Virus record (IMG/VR): IMGVR_UViG_3300031942_000002 | DNA: 64,000 nt | From: an uncultured virus (IMG/VR IMGVR_UViG_3300031942_000002) | Taxonomy: Duplodnaviria; Heunggongvirae; Uroviricota; Caudoviricetes | Strand: one strand, 5' to 3' | Part shown: positions 37,346 through 47,877 of the stretch, piece by piece | How positions within the stretch are numbered: position 1 is the first letter of the stretch | How the letters are laid out: every line of letters starts with the position of its first letter | Program-made: the position numbers and the translations under genes | Notes under the pieces: generated by a model | Databases searched by the model: none | Seen by the model: the letters and a program-made list of their open reading frames with translations, nothing else | What the model was told of the DNA's origin: nothing

Positions 37346-38670
37346 GCGGCATCGATCTCTCTATCTTGGTGTGCTCAACCCACACCCGCTGGAACACCTT
37401 CGGGCTAGCCATCCAAGAGCAGCTCTGGACCCAGTACCACAGCCTGCCCGAGCAGGATCAGGCTCGGCTGGAAATACTGATGTTGACGGACACCAAAACT
37501 ATGATGCTGGGCGAGAAACGCAATGTCATGATCGATATGGCCCAAGGCCGCTATGTGCAATTCATCGACGACGACGATCGCATTGCGCCGGATATGTTCG
37601 CCGAGCTGCTGCGCGCCATCGACGTCGATCCGGCCGATGTCATCACATTTCTGGTCGAAGTCTCCATGAATGGCGAGGAGCCCAAGCCGTGCGAGTACTC
37701 CATTCGTTTCCAGGAGAACCGCAACTTGCCCAATAAATATGAGCGGCTGCCCAACCACATCTGCGCCGTCAAACGCAGCATCGCGCGGCGGGCCAGTTTC
37801 CCCAACGTCGTCTACGGCGAGGACGCGGTGTACGGCCAGCTGATCCGGCCGCACCTGTCCAGCGAGCACCACATCCCTAAGGTGCTGTACTTCTACGATT
37901 GGTCCCCGCACACCACCGAGACGCAGATCCCCCGGCCGGGCTCGCTGCGGATGCGCAACATCCCACCGTTGGTCGATGTGGTGATCAGCTCCAAGGCCGA
38001 GACCCCCAAGATGAAGGCGATGACCCAGACCACCATCAACACCTGCATCTCCGGCGCCAACTCGCTGCCGGTGCACATCGTGGTGATCGAGCAATGCGAA
38101 GGCGTGCGCTACCAGCACGCCCAGACCGTGTACACCTCCGACGAGTTCAACTACAACCACTTCGCCAACCGGGGCGCGGCGCTGGGTTTCGCCCCGTGGA
38201 TCATGGTGGCCAACAACGATCTGATTTTCCGCGACGGCTGGCTGCACCAGCTGCTTGCCGCCGATCACCCGGTGATGAGCCCCAAATGCCCCGGCGACGA
38301 GCGCCAGCAGGACATCACCGAGAACACCACCGGCTACACCACCGGCGCCCATCTGTCAGGTTGGTGTTTCATGGTCAGCCGCCAGTTCTGGCACGAGATC
38401 GGCGGCTTCGACGAGGGTTTCACCGGCTGGTGCTCCGATGACGTCGTGGTGGAGCAAGCGCGGGCGCACGGCACCGCGCCCATGCTGGTGCCGTCCTCGG
38501 TGGTGGAGCATTTGCGTTCGGAGACCCTGAATCGGGCGCCCGACCACGAAGAATTGACCTGGGGGCAGGTGGCGAAATTCAATGCGAGATTCGGCGCCCA
38601 TAAATTCGCCGATGACCAGCGGTTTCTGGAATGGCAGCGTAAAATACTTTTAGCGGGAGACACAAAATGA
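37342..38670 (+). CDS. two-domain GT2 glycosyltransferase
   Basis: Domain 1: LGEKRN...GRYVQFIDDDD...YGED; domain 2: FNYNHFANRG...ANNDL...GGFDE.F...SDD. Confidence 0.85.
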   Translation: MSGIDLSILVCSTHTRWNTFGLAIQEQLWTQYHSLPEQDQARLEILMLTDTKTMMLGEKRNVMIDMAQGRYVQFIDDDDRIAPDMFAELLRAIDVDPADVITFLVEVSMNGEEPKPCEYSIRFQENRNLPNKYERLPNHICAVKRSIARRASFPNVVYGEDAVYGQLIRPHLSSEHHIPKVLYFYDWSPHTTETQIPRPGSLRMRNIPPLVDVVISSKAETPKMKAMTQTTINTCISGANSLPVHIVVIEQCEGVRYQHAQTVYTSDEFNYNHFANRGAALGFAPWIMVANNDLIFRDGWLHQLLAADHPVMSPKCPGDERQQDITENTTGYTTGAHLSGWCFMVSRQFWHEIGGFDEGFTGWCSDDVVVEQARAHGTAPMLVPSSVVEHLRSETLNRAPDHEELTWGQVAKFNARFGAHKFADDQRFLEWQRKILLAGDTK

Positions 38671-39485
38671 TTATGGAATCCATCAGCATTGACTGGCGTT
38701 GCAAATCGTGCGCCACCGTGCGCCGCGTCGATGTCGACGACATTTCGCGGTCAGTGGCCGGGTACAAACCGTTCGGCTGGCTGTGGGGGGCTGACGGCTC
38801 GATCCGTTGCGATCTGTGCGCCACCAAGGTGACCAGTACCGCCCCCGACGGGGTGACCACCATCCACCAGGGACAGCGCGGGGAGACGGCCGCCGAGATC
38901 CGTGCCCGCATGACCGGCATGCACATGGGCGGCGGTGGTTCCGGCCAACAGCCCGATTACGGGATCCGCCAGCCACCCGTGACGATGGGTGGCGGCGCCC
39001 CCGCCGACAACATCCTGCGTGACGGCGAAGGCAATCCGATCGCCATCGTCGGACCCGGCGGTGCGGGTGTGGGTTCCACCGAGACGTTCGTGCAGGCGGG
39101 CACCGGCGAGCCCCTGCCCACCTATGGGGCGGCCGGTGGCGGCGCCGACGCCAAGCCGGGCACCACCATTCATGTGGGCGACACCCCCGCCCCTAACCCG
39201 GGTTGGGGCGTGCCGCTGGGCCCCCAGCAGGGATCCTCCCGCGATTTCCGCCCGGGCGGCGGCGGCAACATCGTCTTCGAAGACACCCGCCACGGCGAGT
39301 ACCTGGGTCCACAGAAAATCGAGGCGGGCGTGCCCTCGTTGGGTTCCAAGGTCTGCATCGGGTGCCACCAGGAGATCAACGACGGCACCGTCAACGGGCC
39401 CGCCGAGGCGTGGCGCTGGGCCTCCAACCCCGAGTCGAGCAGCGAGAGAGGACATCCGCAGTGCCTGGCGAGGATAGGCCGATGA
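38667..39485 (+). CDS. Gly/Pro-rich protein with CxxC pairs at both ends
   Basis: GGAGACACA RBS; CKSC, CDLC, CIGC...HPQC. Confidence 0.6.
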   Translation: MIMESISIDWRCKSCATVRRVDVDDISRSVAGYKPFGWLWGADGSIRCDLCATKVTSTAPDGVTTIHQGQRGETAAEIRARMTGMHMGGGGSGQQPDYGIRQPPVTMGGGAPADNILRDGEGNPIAIVGPGGAGVGSTETFVQAGTGEPLPTYGAAGGGADAKPGTTIHVGDTPAPNPGWGVPLGPQQGSSRDFRPGGGGNIVFEDTRHGEYLGPQKIEAGVPSLGSKVCIGCHQEINDGTVNGPAEAWRWASNPESSSERGHPQCLARIGR

Positions 39486-39961
39486 ATCTGGCCGAGGTGT
39501 ACGGCACCCAGCTGGAAGAGGTGCTGAAAGCGTGGGATGAAGAGAGACTGCATGGACCGATCAGCCCGACAATCGGGTGCGCCAAGGCCGACAGGGATGA
39601 GATCTGTGACTGCGAGGATGTTCGCGAGTGCGGCAGTGCTTATCCCAGGACGCTGAGGCCATGCACCTGCTTGAGCCCGAGCGGTTGGAATCCGTTGGGA
39701 CACTCGCACGGGTGCCCGATGCGAATTGATCTGGAAAGCCCGAGTCCCCACGGCGAGGAGCCGGGAACCAACGCGGTGATTGCCGGGGGAAACTCCGCTA
39801 CTCGGGCGCCCATGGCTAGAACCACGCATCGCTGCCGGGCGGTGGTGAAGGCCCTCGATCACGACTGGTGCCGCCGCCCGGCGATCAGGGCGGTGCTGGG
39901 TCACTGGGCCTGTGCCTGGCACGCTAAGCACCCGCCAGCACTAGGGTGGCATCCCGGTTGA
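39482..39961 (+). CDS. Cys-rich hypothetical protein
   Basis: ATGA coupling; many Cys/His. Confidence 0.4.
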   Translation: MNLAEVYGTQLEEVLKAWDEERLHGPISPTIGCAKADRDEICDCEDVRECGSAYPRTLRPCTCLSPSGWNPLGHSHGCPMRIDLESPSPHGEEPGTNAVIAGGNSATRAPMARTTHRCRAVVKALDHDWCRRPAIRAVLGHWACAWHAKHPPALGWHPG

Positions 39962-40031
39962 CTTCTAACGTACCTCTAATGTTGTGATAATCTGAAGGCA
40001 CTGGATCTGGTAGCCCCAAGGAGGTTTTCGC

Positions 40032-40394
40032 GTGAGTGGTGGTGAGCTGACCCCATACGACGACTCCAAATATCTGTATGTCGTGGAGATCCTCGATCGA
40101 GGCTGCAAGATCGGCATCACCAATCGGCCGCAGGCGCGCATCTCTCAGCATCGTCGTGATGCCCTGGCTTACGGACGCCAGACAGGGCGAGTGTGGATTT
40201 CTCATCCCCATTTGGATGCCCGGCGTCACGAGAGTCAGCTCAAGCAATGGGCGGGCGCCGAGCGCGAGTATCTGTCCCAAGGATTCGACGAGGTGGTGGC
40301 TCAGGCCAAAAAACTGGCTCTTATCTCGGAGGAAGCCGTCTGGAACGCGAGCAGGTCCCTGACGGATTACTTCTGTTCCATGCTCATCAGATAG
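40032..40394 (+). CDS. GIY-YIG-like (T5orf172-type) nuclease domain protein
   Basis: YLYVV...KIGITNRP..RI.QH...E....EY; AAGGAGG RBS. Confidence 0.65.
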   Translation: MSGGELTPYDDSKYLYVVEILDRGCKIGITNRPQARISQHRRDALAYGRQTGRVWISHPHLDARRHESQLKQWAGAEREYLSQGFDEVVAQAKKLALISEEAVWNASRSLTDYFCSMLIR

Positions 40395-40703
40395 CAGCAG
40401 ACACACACAAGGAGACACACAACATGGCAGTAAAACTGAAACCACCCACGCTCGAAGAGCTGCGTAAAGGGGTGGCGTGATGAGGGTCAAGATCAGCTAT
40501 AGCGTGGACGTCGACCTAGACGTCTACCGGGCCCGCCACCATGCCGACACCCCCTCCCTGCCCGCCACCGAGATCGCCCACGACGTCCGCTGGCTGGCGG
40601 CGACGGTCTTCGCCCACGCCATGGAAAAGGCCCAGCCCAGCTCGTATGTAACCGGCTATCACGTGCAGGAATGGGATGACGAGTGCGACGAGGTGGTGGC
40701 GTG

Positions 40704-41114
40704 ATGATCGAACAGCTGAAATGGGGGAAGCCCGAGAACAGCCCGATGGAGCACTTCCCCGATCTGGTCATCCGCCACGCGTTCACCCGGGGCGGCAGCC
40801 GGGTGGTGATCTTCCCGATCGAGGGCGCCCGCACCTACACCATCTTGGACTACACCGACGTCCACGGCGTCCACGTCAGCAGGCTGGCGCTGTCGGCGTA
40901 CATGCCCACCGGCCACTACCTCGACGAGGAGGGCAACGAGGTCGAGGAGGACGAGGGCACCGAGGTGGTTGATTCGTGTGAGCTGGCCGAGGCCCACTTC
41001 GCTGACCTGGACGCGGCCAAGGCACGCGCCCAGCAGTGGGAGGCCAGGGAGATCGAGTACGTCGGCGGGATCGAGAACGAGAACCGATGGGGGTTGGAGG
41101 ACGACGACCAATGA
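40704..41114 (+). CDS. acidic hypothetical protein
   Basis: Coupled, strong GC3 bias. Confidence 0.65.
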   Translation: MIEQLKWGKPENSPMEHFPDLVIRHAFTRGGSRVVIFPIEGARTYTILDYTDVHGVHVSRLALSAYMPTGHYLDEEGNEVEEDEGTEVVDSCELAEAHFADLDAAKARAQQWEAREIEYVGGIENENRWGLEDDDQ

Positions 41115-41617
41115 TGGAGCTGATATGAGCGCCGATGACGGCGGGCCGGTCGTGTTCGATCGCAACGAGCCCCCGCTGCACTTCACGCGCATCCCGCCGG
41201 AGCGACTGCGCAACCCGTCGGAGAAGACCTACTGGGCGGCCAGCGAAGGCTACGTCTACCGCATCGTGCAGTACAGCAGGGGCGGGCCCTGGTTCCCCGC
41301 CGAGCGCTGGGCGCAGGACGACACCTGGCGTCCCTGCCTGGATTTCGGGCCCGGGCCCACCGACGGGGAGGGCTATGGTGTTCGCACGCTGAAAGAGGCC
41401 AAGAAGTGCTGCCAGCTGCATCACGAGGACAGCCAGTGAATGAGTTGCTCATCCAGCTGCAACGCGGGCTGTTCGGCTTCGACGGTGGTCCGCACAACTT
41501 CACCGACACCACCCGCGCCGACTACCGCGCCACGCTGGTCTTGCTCGCGGCCATCGTGCCGGTGGCCCTGGTGTTCTACGGGTGGGCGCTGTTCCGGCTG
41601 ATCGTGGCGGTGGTCTG

Positions 41618-42142
41618 ATGACCCACGGTCCGTTTCACTTCGATCCCGACAACGATTCGCTCTCGGATGCCACCGAGTGGCTCAACGATCCCTGCCCCGA
41701 GGGCAAGATCTGCCCGGCCTGCTCCAAGCTGGACAAGGAGTACGTCAACCGCACCATCACCCGCGCGATGGGCACCCTGCTGGTGGCGGTGGTGTGGTAC
41801 TTCGAGCGCAACGGCGAGAGCTGGGTGGAGGTCCCCCCGCTGGCGGCGCGGCTGAGAGACCGGGGCACCGGCGGCGGGGATTTCGCCAAGCTGCGTTATC
41901 CCGCCTGGGATCTCATCGAGCCGATGCCCGGGATGCGCGAGGACGGCAGCTACCGCAACGGCTGGTGGCGTCCCACACCGCGTGCCATTCCTTTCGTCAA
42001 AGGTCGTCCCGACGCCACCGTGGTCAAGTACTGCCACATCTGGCGCGGGGAGTTCCACGGCGCCCACGGCCCGCAGGTCACCATCCAGGATGTGATGGGG
42101 CAGGACTTCAACTACGGCGAGCTGATGGGACCACCGCTGTGA
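41618..42142 (+). CDS. hypothetical protein with CxxC and possible winged helix
   Basis: CPAC...GDFAKLRY..WDLIE...GWWRPT. Confidence 0.7.
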   Translation: MTHGPFHFDPDNDSLSDATEWLNDPCPEGKICPACSKLDKEYVNRTITRAMGTLLVAVVWYFERNGESWVEVPPLAARLRDRGTGGGDFAKLRYPAWDLIEPMPGMREDGSYRNGWWRPTPRAIPFVKGRPDATVVKYCHIWRGEFHGAHGPQVTIQDVMGQDFNYGELMGPPL

Positions 42143-42347
42143 AGGCGCAGTGCACCATGTGCGGGCGGCAGTTCCCCGTCCCCCGGGTGGGTGAGAAGGT
42201 GCTGGACACCGAATGAGCATCCACAGCAAGCCAGAGGGCCCACGCGATTCGCGCTGGGTTGATCGCCCCGTGCTCGCTATGGGCAGCAACAGCTGGATCG
42301 AATGGACCAGCCTGTTCTCCTGGCGTATCCGGCGTGACTTACCGGAA

Positions 42348-42366
42348 TATACTTGGCTGGTAAATT
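42348..42366 (+). promoter_or_regulatory. promoter/operator motif variant
   Basis: TATACT-TGGCT-GGTAAATT with GGAA 5' flank as at 1316 and 9839; GGAGACACAC-ATG at 42401. Confidence 0.65.
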
Positions 42367-42410
42367 GTTCCAGAAGGTGACACACCCGAGAACTACCCAA
42401 GGAGACACAC

Positions 42411-42554
42411 ATGGAGATGAATCTGACACCGGAGCGTATCGAGCTGCTTCGCGAGGTCTTGGAGCCGGTGGCCAAGACCAAAGGTCCCCGGCGCCAGGTC
42501 GCCCAAGGCATGCTGCTTTCCATCGGCTGGGCCGAGCGCAAGAAGGCAGCCTGA
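42411..42554 (+). CDS. small hypothetical protein (47 aa, not in ORF track)
   Basis: GGAGACACAC-ATG; TGATG coupling. Confidence 0.65.
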   Translation: MEMNLTPERIELLREVLEPVAKTKGPRRQVAQGMLLSIGWAERKKAA

Positions 42555-44014
42555 TGAGCGCCTTTCTGCCGATGGAGGAGGAGGAGGCGATCGCGGCCAT
42601 CCTGCGGCGCAACGGCATCGACGAGGACACCGTCGCCTCGGCCACCAGACACCTGAGCGAGTTTGTGCTGTGGGTCAAGCAGAACGAGGCGCACACGCTC
42701 TCCGGCCATCCCCCGCCCAAGCTGTTGGTCGCCCTGCTGTCCACGCTGGGGGTCAACGTGGTGCGCCACGGCCGACCGAGGGCGGTGAGCTGATTGGGCG
42801 CCATGAGCATTTCTGATGAGCTGGCCTACCTGCACGAGCGCATCGACCAGCTGATCCGGCAGACCGGCATCGAGGTGGGTCTGTTGGAACTCAAGGTGCG
42901 CCAGCTGCAAGCGCACACCGGCATTGACCCCCCTGCGATATGGCCGCCCACCGACAAGATCTACGAGCTGGCCAAAGAGCGCTTCTGGCGGGCCGACGAC
43001 GCGGCGGCCGACAATCATGGCCAGCCGCATCGGGAGCACCGATGAACCTCACCAGGGCTGGGCGCACTCGAACAGGGAGGCGCAGGTGATATGGCAGTGA
43101 GTGAAGAGCGCAGGCCCGCACTCTGGGACGGTCGCCCGTTCCCTGGCCGCTGTGGCTATGGCGACTGTCCCAACCAGGCCACCAGTGCCTTCGGACGTTG
43201 GACCGGGGACGGTCCCGGCTTGGGCAACTGGGAGCAGCGCAGCCGCTGCGACGAGCACCTGGGGATGGACCCCTGCCCGACATGTGGCGAGATGGGGAAG
43301 TGCCCGTACCTGCCCGGCACTCCTGGCTGTGCGAGACCCGAAAGGCCGGTGTATGGCAGTGGCCCAGTGCCGATTCGGTGATGGACCCGCCACCGTGCGC
43401 GTCATCATGAGCAAGGGTTGTGTGTGCTACCCCGAGGACCGCGAGCAATACCTCTGCGAGCACCACTGGTACAAGAGCACCCCCTCGGGGACGCCATCGT
43501 GATCGAGGAGCTGGGGCGGTGAGCCTGTCCGAATGATCCTGAACCGCTTCGCCGATGCCGAGAACGTCACCGAGCTGATGTATCAGGTGGTGGGCGCGGG
43601 GTCGACGTGCTGGGTCGGTGGCACCGGCTCGATCGTGTTCGACAGCACCCAGGCCAAGGAGGTCGCCGACGACGGCATCGCGCGTCTGGTCGAGCTGGGG
43701 TGGGCGTGACCGTCAGACAGGCCGCAGAGCGCCCGGTGACCCGCCCGTGGGATCCGCCCGGCTTGCCGCCGAGAAAGACCAGGGAGCGCTGCAGGAATCA
43801 CCGCAACCAATGTCAGTACCGGGACGACGACCCCACCCGGTGCCAGTGGTGTCACCGCTCGCACGACCGCCCCAGCCTGGGTTGCCGGGACGCCCCGCCG
43901 CACGGGGACGGCCATCCCGCCTACCCCCCGGGGATGACGCGGTGAGCACCTACATCCACCAGTGCCCCGACTGCGGGGTGATCCACGAAAACCTGTGCAA
44001 CGGAAGGGAACAGT

Positions 44015-44215
44015 GTGACGAATGTAATCATCGACTGCGAGTGCGGGACTCGGCAGAACATCATCATCAGACCCACCAAGAACCTGACCGAATACACGCC
44101 ACCACCGGACGCGCCGATGGCGATTCTGCAAGATCAGTCTCATCTGATGATTGACTGTCCCGATTGCGGAGCGCACCACGTAGTACCGATCCCCGCCAGG
44201 GAGCTGTTCGGATGA
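44015..44215 (+). CDS. zinc-ribbon protein, paralog 1
   Basis: IDCECG...PPDAP...DCPDCG..H.V.IP. Confidence 0.65.
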   Translation: MTNVIIDCECGTRQNIIIRPTKNLTEYTPPPDAPMAILQDQSHLMIDCPDCGAHHVVPIPARELFG

Positions 44216-44679
44216 CCTGCGTCATCGACTGTTCTTGCGGTATCCGGCTGTGCGATTACACCACCCCGCCCGACGCCCCTGTCGCGGTCAGGCGCGGCGA
44301 CTGCTACATGGAGGCGGACTGTCCCGCCTGCGGTACCCCCCACCGCGTACACATCCCCCCGCGTCCGAACCACAGACCTGCTCGACTACGGAGAACGCCC
44401 GTGAAAATCACCTTGACCTGCCCCAAAGACCCCTGCATCGCTGAGTACGCCACCCGTGAGATCCTGCCGGTGCACGCCCGTGCTTATGCACGGGCCACCG
44501 AGCCGGGAAAGGCCGTGGTCCTTCACCAATTGCGTCGTGAGCTACGTGCAGAAGCACAGCGTCAGCACTGGTACGACTACGTCGAAGTCCCCGGTCAGGT
44601 GCCGGGCACCCTGCGCCGCACCCCGATCACCGAGCAGGGCAAGCCCAAACTGCTGGTCCCCGAGGTGGTGGTCGAATGA
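44212..44679 (+). CDS. zinc-ribbon protein, paralog 2 with C-terminal extension
   Basis: IDCSCG...PPDAP...DCPACG..H.V.IP. Confidence 0.6.
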   Translation: MTCVIDCSCGIRLCDYTTPPDAPVAVRRGDCYMEADCPACGTPHRVHIPPRPNHRPARLRRTPVKITLTCPKDPCIAEYATREILPVHARAYARATEPGKAVVLHQLRRELRAEAQRQHWYDYVEVPGQVPGTLRRTPITEQGKPKLLVPEVVVE

Positions 44680-47012
44680 CCTGGACGCTGCACGGCATGG
44701 CCCCCGACAGGAAGACCTGGATATGACCGAGCCTCGCATTGGCTACAACGCCACCTGGGGCGGATTCGCCCTAGTCATCACGCTGTTCTTCCTGTCTGGG
44801 GTGTTGCTGGGCCTGAGTATCGGTTGACGATAGGGCTGCTGTCGTGACCTGGATCCTGCACGGTATCGCTCCCGACGGGTCCTCCTGGGGCTACACCGAC
44901 CCGCTGGGGCAGACCTGGTGGGCGAGCACCAACTGGCCCCCTCGTCCCGCGACGGTGGAGGGGTTGCGTAGATATGCCGTCTATGCGGGCTGGGACCGCT
45001 GTGAGCGCACGTTCGAGGGGCCCGACGCCATAGTGGCCTACCGGCACGCCATGATGGCGTACAGGCCCGCTGAAGGCCCGTTGTGAACATGTTGACGCAT
45101 GCCGGTAACCGGGGTCTGCTAGTGGATACCCGTGACAACGCTGCTTCTGGGGGCGCTTCTGGGAGCGCTGATCGTCGTCTGCCTGCTCAACACGGTGCTG
45201 TTGATCTACAGCACGAAAATCACCCAAGGAGAACACATGACCACCATCGATAAGAGGTTCCGCGACCCGGCGGTGTTCAACGCCGACGGCAGCGTTCGCC
45301 CGCACAAATTCGTCTCCGACGAGCCCTATCATGTGGCCTGTATGGCGTGCGGGGGCGCGGTCAGTGCCAAGATCGACGGCAAACCGCTGCACCCGCGATG
45401 ACCAAGATCAATATGGGAACGGCGTTGCATGCGAAGATCAAGGACAAGCCGATCCAGAGGTGAGCCCCATGAAGCCGACCTTCACCATCACCCTGCAGCC
45501 GGGGATGAAGGCGGTCCGGATCGGCAACGCGATTCACATCAAGGGCGCCGACGACAGCTGGCTGCAGGCGCTGGTGACCTCCATCAGGGCCGAGCTGGCG
45601 GCCAGACAGGGAGTGCTGTGAACGACGGGAAGAGCTTCGAGGAAGAGCTGCGCGAGCTGTGCAACCGGCACAGCGTGGAGAACCGCAGTCACACCCCCGA
45701 TTTTATCCTGGCCATGTTCGTCTTCAATGCCTTGGAGGCGTTCAATGACGCGGTGCGGGAACGCGACAAATGGTGGGGCTTTGAGCCGTGGGCAGACCTG
45801 AACAAGCCGCTGCCGGGGCCACAGGACTAAGGCGTCGACGAGATAGGGAGTGTTGTGAGTTGGGCAGAGTTTCTGGTGGGCGGCCTGTTCGGGGCGATCG
45901 TGACCCAGCTGGCGATCTGGGGACGCAACGCGTACCGCAGACGGCGCCGGTGAACGAGAAGAAGCTGGGACGGCGCCAGCAAGCGGTGCTGGACGCCATG
46001 CACCGCAACGCCGGGATGTGGCCGCAGCACTGGAAGATCCGCAGCGATCACCGGCACATCTTCGACGGGCTGGTCCAGCGTGGCATTCTCAGCCTGGACA
46101 ACGGCGTGTACCGAGTTTGCTACGCACGCTGAAAACGGCAACCTACGAGAAGGCAACAGGAAGGTGTTTGCTGTGGACGACGGCGAGCGCGACATCTACA
46201 CCGACCACAACGAGAAGCTGAACGCCTTCGTGGTGCTGGCCACCGAGTTCATCAACGACGGGCGCACCGACAAGGACGTCGCGCTCAGCGTGGCCATGGC
46301 GCTGGGCACCGCCGAGACGCAGGGCGACATCGGGGGCGGCAACGTGGCCATGCTGGCGGCGGTGGCGGTGGCTCGGCTGGCACGCATGATGCACGAGGCG
46401 GATAGGGCACCGATATGAGCTGGTGGAAGATCGCCTTCTGGGTGGTGGCGCTGGGCATCGCCTTCGGGGCGGTGATCGCCCTGGACGACGACGCCCACCG
46501 CCCGATCGGCCCGCCGCTGACCCCGGCCACCTGGCCGCCGCCGTCCGACCAGTACGGGGACCAATGATGCGGGGACAGGGCAAACGCCAGCGGGTGATCC
46601 TGGAAACCATGCGGCTGTGCGGCGGGATCTGGCCCCCGCACCTGCGGATTGACCGGCACCAGAAGGTGATCCTGGAAACCCTGCATCGGCACGGCATCGT
46701 GACGCGGGTCCCGCACAGCGCGGGCAAGTGTGTTTACCGGCTGGCGGAGGACCGATGATCGACCAACGGCTGCTGGGCATGGCCTTCTCCGAGCTGGTCT
46801 ACCACGCTTTCGGGTTCGGGCCGAGCCGCTCGATCTGCGACCCGTTCGCCGAGCAGGTGATCGCCGAGGCCCGCGCGGTGGGCTACGACCTGGTGGCCAC
46901 ACCCCCACAGGAGGTGTCGTGAACACGTTCTTCGACGAGTGGGGCCTGGTCTGTGTGCTGGTTCTGGGGGTGCTGGTCTGTGCGCTGTGGGTGCTGCTGT
47001 GAGTGGGTTCAG

Positions 47013-47302
47013 CGTGGGTGTGGATGAGAATGGTGCCGCCATCGACATCAGGGTGCGCTGGAAGGACACCGCCGGGCCCGAGGACGTGGTTTCGGCGTAC
47101 GCCAAAGCCTGCGGCGCCGCTGTCGAGGAGATGGTTCGGCGGCTGGGCGAGGTGACGGTGGAATGAGGCGCCGTATCGCCGGGCTGCTGCACCGGCTGGC
47201 CTGGTGGCTGGACCGTAAGGCCGACGACATCTGGAACATCGACGAGTTCCTCGACCTGCCCGTGGGTGTGGATGAGAATGGCGCCGCCATCGACATCAGG
47301 GT
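47013..47302 (+). repeat. 42-bp direct repeat pair (47013-47054, 47261-47302), one mismatch
   Basis: CGTGGGTGTGGATGAGAATGG(T/C)GCCGCCATCGACATCAGGGT. Confidence 0.95.
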
Positions 47303-47412
47303 CCATCTACGTCAAGTCGACCGGCGAGCAGATCGCTGCTGATCTGCGGGAAGCGTTGGAGGACATCGAGAAGCAAGGTAACCTGTGAGGTCAATAGTCC
47401 GAAGGAGCGCCG

Positions 47413-47877
47413 GTGCCCAACGGCTCTGAACCCCCGCACGTCTACGCCAAGGAGGCGGCCGACCGCGCTTTCGAGGAAGCCCGGGAATCCTCCCGCGAGC
47501 TGTTCGAGCTGCACCTGGACATCGAATGGATCAAAGGGGTGCTGGCGTCCAAGGACCTCGCCACCGTGGCCGAGCTGACCCGCCCGCGCCCGGCGCCCAA
47601 AGTGCTGCTGCCCTGGCCTTCAGATCAGGCCTCTGCGGCGCCTGGGGCGAGTTTCTCCGGCTCCCCGAAGTTCGGGGTCAACGAACGCGTGATCGTGCGT
47701 CAGGGGGGCGCTCAGGGCACTGTAGTGTCCGTCTCACGCAGCGTCTACCCGCGCGCCGACGGTGCCACCGCGCACTACCAGGTGAGCATTCCCGGGCTGG
47801 GGCAGTTCACCCTGCGTGAAGACGAACTGGAAGCCATCCAGTGCGAGGAAACCGATGAGGAAGAGGAGACATCATGA
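47413..47877 (+). CDS. hypothetical protein, C-terminal SH3/KOW-like barrel possible
   Basis: KFGVNERVIV...GTVV...YQV...EDELE; AAGGAG RBS. Confidence 0.6.
   Translation: MPNGSEPPHVYAKEAADRAFEEARESSRELFELHLDIEWIKGVLASKDLATVAELTRPRPAPKVLLPWPSDQASAAPGASFSGSPKFGVNERVIVRQGGAQGTVVSVSRSVYPRADGATAHYQVSIPGLGQFTLREDELEAIQCEETDEEEETS

Noticed and set aside
47013..47302. Diversity-generating retroelement TR/VR pair
   Set aside because: Only one T/C difference, short repeat, and no reverse transcriptase in the window
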